Source of the DNA: Phyllobates terribilis
Lineage: Eukaryota
DNA: 64,000 bases
Reading direction: 5' to 3'
NCBI RefSeq assembly: GCF_046119375.1
Contig: NW_027362764.1
Coordinates: 124,372,001 to 124,436,000, forward strand
Made by a program: the position numbers and the translations under genes. The notes beneath the pieces were generated by a model. That model was not told the origin of the DNA. It saw only the letters and a list, made by a program, of their open reading frames with translations, and searched no databases. This document shows positions 24,247 to 36,259 of this stretch, in pieces. The number at the start of each line of letters is the position of its first letter. The stretch's first letter is position 1.

Positions 24247-27200
24247 TGATGAAACTCTGACAAAAATCTGATGAAAATCACAGATGAAACTCTGATGAAA
24301 ATCACTGATGAAACTCTGATGAAAATCACAGATGAAACTCTGATGACTATGACTGATGAAACTGATGAAAATCACTGATGAAACTCCAATGAAAATCACT
24401 GATGAAACTCTGATGAAAATCACTGATGAAACTCTGATGAAAATCACTGATGAAACTCTGATGACTATGACTGATGAAACTGATGAAAATCACTGATGAA
24501 ACTCCAATGAAAATCACTGATGAAACTGATGAAAATCACTGATGAAACTCTGATGAAAATCACTGATAAAACTCTGATGAAATTCACTGATGAAACTCTG
24601 ATGAAATTCACTAATGAAACTCTGACGAATTTCACTGATGAAACTCTGATGACTATGACTGATGAAACTGATGAAAATCACTGATGAAACTCTGATGAAA
24701 ATCACTGATGAAGCTCTGATGAAATTCACTGATGAAACTCTGATGAAATTCACTAATGAAACTCTGATTAAATTCACTAATGAAACTCTGATGAAAATCA
24801 CTGATGAAACTCTGATGAATATCACTGATGAAACTGCTGAAAATCACTAATGAAACTCTGATGAATATCACTGATGAAACTGATGAATATCACTGATGAA
24901 ACTGATGAAAATCACTGATGAAAATCACTGATGAAACTGATGAAAATCACTGATGAAGCTCTGATGAAATTCACTGATGAAACTCTGATGAAATTCACTA
25001 ATGAAACTGTGATGAAAATCACTGATGAAACTCTGATGAATATCACTGATGAAACTGATGAAAATCACTAATGAAACTCCAATAAAAATCACTGATGAAA
25101 CTCTGATGAAAATCACTGATGAAACTCTGATGAAATTCACTGATGAAACTCTGATGAAATTCACTGATGAAACTCTGATGAAAATCACTGATGAAACTCT
25201 GATGACTATGACTGATGAAACTGATGAAAATCACTGATGAAAATCACTGATGACTATGACTGATGAAACTGATGAAAATCACTGATGAAACTCTGATGAA
25301 AATCACTGATGAAGCTCTGATGAAATTCACTGATGAAACTCTGATGAAATTCACTAATGAAACTGATGAAAATCACTGATGAAACTCTGATGAATATCAC
25401 TGATGAAACTGATGAAAATCACTAATGAAACTTTGATGAAAATCACTGATGAAACTCTGATGAAATTCACTGATGAAACTTTGATGAAATTCACTAATGA
25501 AACTCTGATGAATATCACTGATGAAACTCTGATGACTATGACTGATGAAACTGATGAAAATCACAAATGAAACTCTGATGAATATCACTGATGAAACTCT
25601 GATGAAATTCACTGATGAAACTCTGATGAAAATCACTGATGAAACTCTGATGAATATCACTGATGAAACTGATGAAAATCACTAATGAAACTCTGATGAA
25701 TATCACTGATGAAACTGATGAATATCACTGATGAAACTGATGAAAATCACTGATGAAAATCACTGATGAAACTCTGATGAAAATCACTGATGAAGCTCTG
25801 ATGAAATTCACTGATGAAACTCTGATGAAATTCACTAATGAAACTCTGATGAAAATCACTGATAAAACTCTGATGAATATCACTGATGAAACTGATGAAA
25901 ATCACTAATGAAACTCTGATGAAAATCACTGATGAAACTCTGATGAAATTCACTGATGAAACTTTGATGAAATTCACTAATGAAACTCTGATGAATATCA
26001 CTGATGAAACTCTGATGACTATGACTGATGAAACTGATGAAAATCACTGATGAAAATCACTGATGAAACTCTGATGAAAATCACTGATGAAGCTCTGATG
26101 AAATTCACTGATGAAACTCTGATGAAAATCACTGATGAAACTCTGATGAATTTCACTGATGAAACTGATGAATATCACTGATGAAACTGATGAAAATCAC
26201 TGATGAAACTCTGATGAAAATCACTAATGAAACTGTGATGAATATCACTGATGAAACTGATGAATATCACTGATGAAACTGATGAAAATCACTGATGAAA
26301 CTCTGATGAAATTCACTAATGAAACTCTGATGAAATTCACTAATGAAACTCTGATGAATATCACTGATGAAACTCTGATGACTATGACTGATGAAACTGA
26401 TGAAAATCACTGATGAAAATCACTGATGAAAATCACTGATGAAACTCTGATGAAAATCACTGCTGAAGCTCTGATGAAATTCACTGATGAAACTCTGATG
26501 AAATTCACTAATGAAACTCTGATGAAAATCACTGATGAAACTCTGATGAATATCACTGATGAAACTGCTGAAAATCACTAATGAAACTCTGATGAATATC
26601 ACTGATGAAACTGATGAATATCACTGATGAAACTGATGAAAATCACTGATGAAACTCTGATGAAAATCACTGATGAAGCTCTGATGACATTCACTGATAA
26701 AACTCTGATGAAATTCACTGATGAAACTCTGATGAAATTCACTAATTTAACTCTGATGAAATTCACTAATGAAACTCTGATGAATATCACTGATGAAACT
26801 CTGATGACTATGACTGATGAAACTGATGAAAATCACTGATGAAAATCACTGATGAAACTCTGATGAAAATCACTGATGAAGCTCTGATGAAATTCACTGA
26901 TGAAACTCTGATGAAATTCACTAATGAAACTCTGATGAAAATCACTGATGAAACTCTGATGAATATCACTGATGAAACTCTGATGAATATCACTGATGAA
27001 ACTGATGAATATCACTGATGAAACTGATGAAAATCACTGATGAAACTCTGATGAAAATCACTGATGAAGCTCTGATGACATTCACTGATGAAACTCTGAT
27101 GAAATTCACCAATGAAACTCTGATGAAAATCACTGATGAAACTCTGATGAAATTCACTAATGAAACTCTGATGACTATGACTGATGAAACTGATGAAAAT

Positions 27201-27430
27201 CACTGATGAAAATCACTGATGAAACTCTGATGAAAATCACTGATGAAGCTCTGATGACATTCACTGATGAAACTCTGATGAAATTCACCAATGAAACTCT
27301 GATGAAAATCACTGATGAAACTCTGATGAAATTCACTAATGAAACTCTGATGACTATGACTGATGAAACTGATGAAAATCACTGATGAAAATCACTGATG
27401 AAACTCTGATGAAATTCACTGATGAAACTC
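24247..27430 (+). repeat. 3.2-kb minisatellite of 11-13 bp CTGATGAA-cored subunits (24-bp basic unit CTGATGAAAATCACTGATGAAACT) inside a MITE
   Basis: Direct repetition; flanks carry remnants of inverted termini (ACGTCAGT at ~23993; ACTGACGTTTGAATGAGG at ~27455). Confidence 0.98.
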
Positions 27431-30018
27431 GGTCGTTTTTTCGCATGTCAAAAAGACTGACGTTTGAATGAGGTCTTACTCTATGAATTTCTGATTGCTG
27501 GGGGTCCAGATACTAAAGAGACTATTGCTCTGGAGCCAAGAACCAGACTCTGCAGAGCGTCGTTTTAAATGGAGCAGAGATGCACAAGCTCGACCTCCAC
27601 TCCATTTTGAGATTGTCAGAGAAAGCCACTCACAGCACTCAGCTTTCTCTGAGCGCTTCGCTCTGTAGTCAGACCCCCCTCACCCCAGTGATTGATACGT
27701 TTTCCCTTATCCAATGTATGGGGGGTAATAAAGTACAAACAACTGTTACAAATATACAATATATCTTGGGGGAAAAAATCTTTATTATGCTGTTTATGTT
27801 TTATGCCAATATTTAAGTTTATTTTGGAATATGATATCACATAACATTTTAACTGTTTATATTAAGTTTATTATTTGTATCTTCTTTTATAAATGCAAAT
27901 TATAGGATATATTTTATGTTTGGACTCATGTGCTATATTATGAGCTAAAATGTCTACTGGGACATCTAATCTGACCCTTTTCTCCTATAATAACTCATCT
28001 CGACTATATATTCATATGTATTATTATTATTATTAACTATTATTGTTATTATATTCCATGTTTTGTAGCTGCAGCAATGAAATGCAAAAAAAGTTAAAGA
28101 ACCACAAGATGGTGGCTGCTGTGTAGCATGAGTCTTCGCCGCAGTATCTCTGCTTGTGTGAGTCATCCTTCTATATTTCTGGCTTCAGAGTATCTCACTT
28201 GTGGCTGACTGCCTAATTATTCTGTCACTCTGCTGGCAGAGCAAAGGCGCTGGATCTAAAGCTATGTTATTTGGATCATTTCTTAAACAAACCATGCACC
28301 ACAGGCAATCCCATGTGTAAATGTTAGAACCCAGCAAACACTTTACTTAAAGAGAAAGTATAGGAAGAGTGTGAAAAGCACAAAAGTTCTAACAGTTTGA
28401 CAAATAGCAGAGTGAGGGCGAAAGAAGGCAATGTTAGCACTCAGGAAAGCACATTTGTACTGGTATAACCTTGTTGGGCTGTGATTACACATTGCACTGT
28501 TTCACATATTTTTGCATAAATTTTCGCACAAAAAATGCAACAAATATTCACCAAGATTGCTGTGCATAACTGTGAAATATATAACTGAGCGCTTAATAGA
28601 AAGACTGCAGTTTAGGGAATGTTCACACTGAATTTTTTCAGATGGATTTTTCAGCCAGAAAAACATGTCAAAAAAGCGTTTCGAAAAACAAGATTTTTTG
28701 GCATCTTTTTTGATTAGTTTGTTTTTGTTTATTTTATATTTTTTTTTTACAGTTTTTGGGTATGGGGCTTTTTCTGCTTCAATTCATTCAGTGATCAAAT
28801 TTGAAGTGTTTTAATTTTCAAGCAGAAACCATAGGCATGTTTTCTCACTGATATCAGTAGGAAGCTTATTCAAAGAGTATTTGAAGCAGTTTTTCATGTG
28901 GCTTTTGGAGACTCTGTCTCAAAACATAACATATCACTTTCATATCCAAACATAACTTTTCACTTTTTCTCATGACTTCTAGAGTCTATTTTCATTATGT
29001 CAAATCTAGAAGTACTGAACATACTATAGATTTTTAGTTTTAAAAATCTGTATAACAAGCGCAGTGGTGCAGAAATTTTTAAACCCTGTAGTTCCACACG
29101 TGAGATAAAAAATTATAGTCACCTTTAGCACCAACGATATCAGCTCTGGGTCTATTGGCAATTGAGTGACATTGTTATGCCATATGAGTGCTGCAGCCAA
29201 TTAGCAGCCGCTGATGGACTGCTTTGATTCACATTTTCAAGGGAAGTGTGAGTGCTGTCACCGTCAGCAGCCACTGATCGGTGCAGCGCTCATGTGGTAT
29301 AACAATATCACGCGAGCGCTGGGAGACCCATATCCAATATTGCTGGACATTTGTTTTTTTCACTTGAAAGAAGTTTTTTTTTTCATTTTACCCAGGAGAC
29401 TACGGCATTTAAGAAAAGTGGTGGACAATCCCTTTAAAAAGGCAGTCTGTTCATAAGATATTGATGGCCTATTCAGAATATAGGTTGTCAAAGTGATCAG
29501 CTGTTATAAGCTCCATCAGCTGCTTCATTTAATGTGTAGCAGTGGCTGTCGGATGATGCAGAGTAACTTCTAATCAAGAGAATGGGAGATGTTCTGCAGT
29601 ACCTGGCAGTGGCTACTACACATTGAATTTATTGTATTTATTTATTTATTTATTTTACTCACTTATTATAGCGCCAAAAATTCCACAGCGCTTTACAGAC
29701 ATTATTGGAATGGAACTACATTGCAGCTCCTGTCAATTTGTTTACATCTGACTGCTGGAGCTTATAGTTGCTGATTGATGTGGGTGCTGGGTGTCAGACC
29801 CACACTATACTGATATTATCTATCCTAATGATAGGTCATCAATATCTTGTTTCTAGGCCACCCCTTTAAACACTGATAGGTTATACACTTATAATATGCT
29901 TAGGGTTTCACTCCATAAATATTTTCAACATCTCTGTTAACTGGCTACGAATGAGAGCATTCTTATTTACAGCTAGAAGCTGAAAATACATATAGACCCC
30001 ATGCTTATTAAAGCTTAA

Positions 30019-30374
30019 AAGGGGTATTCCCATCTCCAAGAGCCTATCCCAATATGTAGTAGGTGTAATAATAATAATATTAGCAAATATCTCCATTTAG
30101 AAATGTAGTATAGTATTTTTGATTCGCTATCTCTTACCTCATGTGCAGGCATTGCAGGACCTTAGGTATCCATGGTTACGACCACTAGCAACTAGCTAAC
30201 TAACTGTGACGTTATTATTGGACGTAACCATGGATACCTAAGGTCCTGTATTGCCTGCACATGAGGACACAGACATAGCGAATAAAAAAATATACTAAAT
30301 TTTAAATTGTAGATATTTCCTAATATTACTATTATTACATATTGGGATAGGATCTTGGAGATGGGAATACCCCT
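30019..30374. mobile_element. TTAA-flanked MITE (T2/Kolobok-like)
   Basis: TIR AAGGGGTATTCCCATCTCCAAG / CTTGGAGATGGGAATACCCCT, flanked by TTAA. Confidence 0.75.
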
Positions 30375-31203
30375 TTAAGGCTCGTTTACACTGGCCAATC
30401 TGCGGCTATAGATGACCACAGATCGGCTGCCTAGAAGCCGATTTGCAGTCATTCAGTAGCCTGTTTAGACAGGCCAGTCTGCCTTAGGATGTGCACAGAA
30501 CGATCAGCAATAGATTGTTCTGTACGCATAGGCTGCATTGAAGCCGAAAGATCATTTGCAGCTTATTTATAATGGTCAATTATCTGGAAAACTGACATCC
30601 TAGGAACCCTCGTTGCTGATAATTGTGCAGGGTAAATGCACTTTTAAAGTTTTCTATAATACTGTCAAGTATTGGCTAAATAAATCAGCTGCACAGATCT
30701 GCTTGGTTAAATTTCTACAATGAATCAGTGTGGGGAAAATGGGCATCAAATTTTGTCTCCATTTTTGTGTAAGTAAGATTCTCATGGAAACATTTTGTTA
30801 AAGCCCATCCCCAAACACCAGAAACAGATTTCTGTCTCCTAAACAAGACAAGCATCATTAGCACAACCCATTAATAACTGTTGTACCACTTCCTGTGTCT
30901 AACTGACTTATAAACCGTCAAGACAAGTGGGGGGATGATGCATGTCTGCAGTGTAGTTACTGTCGCAGAGTGCATCTTCTTACAGTCACCACTGTACTTA
31001 CGAGAGCTTCAATCAGCAAGATATCTTGAGTAAACAGTATTTACTTCATACTGGTTAAACATGAGATACAATTCAGTGTCACACAATCCGTGTGCTGCTT
31101 ACATAACACATTCAGGAAAGAAAGGAAAACACACAGGAAGTAAAAACAACGAACAATTGAGAGCTTTTCTCCCCCACATTACAGCAAGCATATAACTATA
31201 CAC

Positions 31204-34200
31204 TGTTAGAACCTTGCTCTTAGGTTTTTTCTATTGCTGGTCACATGACCTTGTTGGCCTATTTAGTCCTGCTCCGCCCTTCTGGCTTTGCTGGACTTCA
31301 TTGTATTACTACTCTTTAGCTAGCCTGTGCTCAGTATCTAACTCTGTTAGTTTGCTTGGTCTCCGGACCTCTGTGTTCTATATATTTTGTTTGTTCGTCT
31401 GTCTGCTACTATTTCTGTTAGGAGGTGTCCATTTTGCTCCCAGTCCCTAGTACTTGTAGGGATTCCTTCCCCACATCTATAGGTCTCCGTACAGACTAGC
31501 TGAGGACTTTAGCAGGTCTGATCGCAGGATCAGGTTCCCTGTTACATCGTAGGGATCAAGCTGAGTTCTATCGTAGGGACAGATCTCCTCTCTTTCCTTA
31601 GCTCTGGTAGCAGAACATAACAGTAAGTCCAGCCTGCAAATTCTCTAAGGAAAGATTTTTCTGTTCCATCATGGTGTCGGTTCTGGATTTGGCTAAACGC
31701 CTGCAGGGACTCTCTCTGGAGGTGGCCGAGCTCCGTCAGCACGTGAGTAACTGTCCTGGAGCACATTTCTTGGAGCCTAAGGTACGTTTACCTGATTTAT
31801 TTTTTGGTGAACACCAAGAATTTTTTTCATTTAAAAATGCTTGCTTATTGTATTTTCGTTTGAGACCCAGGTCCTCTGGGGATGAATCCCAGCGCATATG
31901 GTTCATAATGTCACTTTTGTGCAAAGAGCCTCAGGAGTGGGCCTTTTCTTTGCAACCTAGTGATACATGCTTTAGATCAGTGGATAGTTTTTTTCTGCTT
32001 TGGGGCTATTATATGATGATCCTGACCGTGTCTCATCTGCTGAGACTGAGTTGAGACGTTTGAGACAGGGATCAGGTAATGTGGAAAAATATTGTACTCA
32101 TTTCCGTCGGTGGTCTACTCAAATAGGGTGGAACGATTCTGCTCTGAAGAGTCTGTTTCATGCTGGGCTTAGTGAAAGGGTTAAAGACCTGCTAATTGCT
32201 TATCCCACACCTGAAGATTTGCAACAGGCTATGCAATTATAGGAGACTGCGTGCAAGGGTTAATGAGAGCAAATCCTCTGCTATGTCAGTTTCTGGTCAT
32301 GAGAATGTGTGTACTGACAGTGGAGAGCCGATGGAGATTGGAACGATGGCACCTCGCTCTCAAGAAAAGGACCGCAGATTTTCTGAAGGTTTGTGTTTCT
32401 ATTGCGGAAATTCTGGTCATTTCATTAAAAGCTGTGTGCTTCGTATGAAGAAAGAAAAAAAAATGGTCAGTCATGCCCGTATTGCCTGTTTAAATTCCAA
32501 GGGTGTATTTTTAGCTGCTTCCACTATTGCTCAGGAAAAATTAATGGAATTTCGGGTGTTTGTCGATTGTGGGTCTACTCTGAATGTAATTGATGGGGGA
32601 TTCTTGGAAAAACTCAATTTAAAACCCGAACCTTTGTCATCCCCCATTGCTGTGGTTTCTGTGGATGGCTCCCCTTTGAAGAATGTTACTCTCAAGGTCT
32701 GTGAATTTCCTCTCACTATTAATGGTGTTCACCATGAGAAATTGGATTTGGTGGTATTGGATAATTTGCCTTCTCCGGTGGTGTTGGGATTGCCCTGGTT
32801 AAAATTGCACAATCCTGTACTGGATTGGTCTACCAATGAAATTAAATCCTGGAGCCATAAATGTTATGACAAGTGTTGTAACGGGCATATTGCAGCTGTG
32901 GATAGGGGGGAATTGCCTGTTCCTATTCAGGATTTTTGGAGAGTTTTTTCTGAGAAGGAATCGCAGGTTTTGCCTCCCCATAGAGACTATGATTGTACTA
33001 TTGAATTTGTCCCTGGAGCGACTCTTCCTAAAAGTCGTTTATTTAACCTTACTATTCCTGAGAGAAAGGCTTTGGAGGAATACATACAGACAAGTTTGGC
33101 CGCCGGTCACATTAGGCCCTCTAAGTCTCCTGTGGCGGTTGGATTTTTTTTTGTAAAAAAAAAAGGACGGCGGTTTACGTCCTTGTCTGGATTTTCGTGA
33201 GATTAACAAAATTACTGTACGCAATCCTTACCCACTGCCATTGATTCCTGATCTGTTTAACCAGTTAGTGGGGGCCAAGTGGTTCTCTAAAATTGACCTT
33301 CGGGGGGGCATACAATCTGTTGCGCATGAAGGAGGGTGACGAATGGAAGACTGCTTTTAACACTCCTGTGGGTCATTTTGAGAATTTGGTTATGCCTTTT
33401 GGTCTCACCAATGCTCCAGCATTTTTTCAGAATCTTATTAATGACATCCTTAGACCTTTGATCGGCAAAAATGTGGTTGTGTATTTGGATGACATTTTGA
33501 TTTATTCGCCGGATCTGGAATCTCATTGGCGGAGCGTACGTGAGGTATTACAGTTATTAATTGACAATTCGCTTTTTGCTAAGCTGGAGAAATGTGAGTT
33601 CGCTGTACAGAGAATTAGTTTTTTGGGCTACATTATCTCCAGCGAAGGTTTTGAGATGGACCCGGTTAAAGTTCAAGCTGTACAGGAATGGCCTAGGCCT
33701 ATTGGTTTGAAATCGATACAGAGGTTTTTGGGTTTCGCCATTATAGAAAATTCATTAAAAATTTTTCTATTATTGTCAAACCTCTGACCGATCTCACCAG
33801 GAAAGGTGCTAATGCGGTTCAGTGGACTGCTGAGGCCATTGAAGCTTTTGTGTATCTCAAGGAGAGGTTCATCTCTGCTCCCATCCTTATGCAGCCTGAT
33901 GTGACTAAGCCGTTTTTGGTTGAGGTTGATGCTTCCTCTGTGGGGGTTGGCGCAGTATTGTCTCAGGATAACGGGGATGGAGTACATCCCTGTGCCTTTT
34001 TTTCAAAAAAAATTTCGGAGACTGAACTGAATTACGATATTGGTAATCGGGAATTATTGGCTATTAAACTCGCATTTGAACACTGGCGCCACCTCTTGGA
34101 AGGTGCTGAATTTCCCGTTCAGGTTTTTACGGATCATAAAAATCTGATATATCTTGATGCTGCCAAGCGCCTGAATGCCCGTCAGGCTAGGTGGGCACTG

Positions 34201-36153
34201 TTTTTCTCGCGGTTTAATTTTTCCGTTACTTACATCCCAGGTACTAAGAATGTTAAGGCGGATGCTTTGTCTCGCAGTTTTTCTCCCATAGTCGGTGCTG
34301 AGAAAGAGGAGAACATTTTACAAGAAGGTGTTGTGATAGCTGCTTTGGACTCCGTTCTGGAAGATGAGATTCTTAAAGCACAGGAGAATGCCCCATCTAA
34401 CACTCCCCATGGGAGGTTGTTTGTGCCTGGGACCTTTAGGAGAGATTTGTTTGTTGAGTGTCACGAATCTCGGTTGGCAGGTCATCCCGGAATCTCTGAG
34501 ACCAAGAGACTGGTGGGTCGCAGTTTTTGGTGGCCTGGATGGCAGAAGGAAGTCATTAAGTGGGTGCGTCAATGTACTATATGTGCTAGATCTAAGTCCT
34601 CACATACTCCTGCTGCGGGGTTACTTTGCCCTCTGGAGGTTCCCAGTGCTCCTTGGACACATTTGGCTATGGACTTTATAACTGACCTTCCCCCCTCTGA
34701 GGGTTTTACTGTCATCTGGGTGGTCGTGGACCGTTTTAGCAAGATGTGTCACTTGGTTCCCTTCGTCAAACTGCCCTGCGCTAAGACTCTCGCTAAGGCC
34801 TTTGTCAAGGAAATTGTCAGACTTCATGGCGTTCCTACTGACATTGTTTCTGATAGGGGACCTCAGTTCGTGGCTCGTTTTTGGCGCGCCTTTTGTGACA
34901 GGTTGGGAGTTCATTTGTCGTTCTCATCCGGATATCATCCTGAATCTAATGGCCAGACAGAAAGGAAAAACCAGGATGTTGAGCAGTTCTTGCGTTGTTT
35001 TGTGGCAGACAATCAAGAGGGGTGGTCTGAGTTTCTGCCACTTGCTGAATTTGCTCTGAACAATCATACATCTTCTTCTGCTGGTTGTTCGCCTTTTTTT
35101 TGTTGTTCTGGGAGACATCCGTCGTTTGGGTCGTTCTCCAAGTTGGTATCTGCCGTGCCTGAGGAGGAGAATTTTTCCGGCAATTTGGAGAGAGTTTGGA
35201 CGGATGTGCGTGGTAATCTTCAGGAGGCTAACAGAAAATCTAAAGACTACTTTGATAGGAAACGAAAGGAGGTTTTGTTCGCTGTTGGTGACATGGTTTG
35301 GTTGTCCTCTAGGAATCTGCGGTTGAGGATTCCTTCTAAGAAATTGGGTCTCAAGTTTGTAGGGCCCTTTAAGGTGCTTCAGGTTGTCAACCAATCTGCT
35401 GTTAGGTTGGAGGTTCCTACCTCCTGGAGAATTAATCCGGTGTTTCATGTCTCTCTGTTGAAAAAAGCTGTTGTGTCGGATTGTGACGCCTCTGCCTCTG
35501 TTCCTCCGGTGGTGGAGGACGGGGAATATGAAATTTCTCGCATCCTTAATTCTAGACGGTATAGAGGTAGTTTGCAGTATCTCGTGGCCTGGAAAGGTTT
35601 CGGACCTGAGGATAACTCATGGGTGAGGTCGGATGATGTTTCCACATCCAGACTTATCAGAGCGTTTCACAGGAGATTTCCTGATAAGCCTGGTCCTAGG
35701 GGATCCGGAGGATCCTCTTAGAAGGGGGGGGTACTGTTAGAACCTTGCTCTTAGTTTTTTTCTATTGCTGGTCACATGACCTTGTTGGCCTATTTAGTCC
35801 TGCTCCGCCCTTCTGGCTTTGCTGGACTTCATTGTATTACTACTCTTTAGCTAGCCTGTGCTCAGTATCTAACTCTGTTAGTTTGCTTGGTCTCCGGACC
35901 TCTGTGTTCTATATATTTTGTTTGTTCGTCTGTCTGCTACTATTTCTGTTAGGAGGTGTCCATTTTGCTCCCAGGCCCTAGTACTTGTAGGGATTCCTTC
36001 CCCACATCTATAGGTCTCCGTACAGACTAGCTGAGGACTTTAGCAGGTCTGATCGCAGGATCAGGTTCCCTGTTACATCGTAGGGATCAAGCTGAGTTCT
36101 ATCGTAGGGACAGATCTCCTCTCTTTCCTTAGCTCTGGTAGCAGAACATAACA
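31204..36153 (+). mobile_element. Young Ty3/Gypsy chromovirus (Tf1/sushi group) inserted in the Copia 3' LTR
   Basis: 419-bp LTRs (31204-31622, 35735-36153) differing at about 2 positions; 5-bp TSD TACAC; PPT AGAAGGGGGGGG; C-terminal chromodomain. Confidence 0.97.
31671..35721 (+). pseudogene. Chromovirus gag-pol with about 4-5 frameshifts
   Basis: CFYCGNSGHFIKSC knuckle; FVDCGS protease; [11 protein letters not shown]; VEVDASSVGVGAVL RNase H; HHCC plus MDFITDL/SDRGPQF/GQTERKN integrase; GPF motif; chromodomain YEISRILNSR...YLVAWKGFGPEDNSW. Confidence 0.93.
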
Positions 36154-36259
36154 TACACACTATCGCCATCTGCTGTCTGGTTAGTATAAAGTTCTCCTTT
36201 CACTTATAATAAGTCCTAATCTGTTGTATATGCCAACACCCTTTCTCAACAGTAAGGAC

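Noticed and set aside
24151-27382. Many repetitive ORFs (FIRVSS/HQSFISDF/MKITDETL)
   Set aside because: These are translations of the minisatellite, broken by frequent frame changes, and are not a gene.
24247-27430. Hammerhead ribozyme array (CUGAUGA and GAAAC cores recur in every unit; amphibian satellites are known to carry hammerheads)
   Set aside because: The strand has essentially no GUH cleavage triplet to pair with GAAAC, stem II would be mispaired, and no stems I/III are evident.
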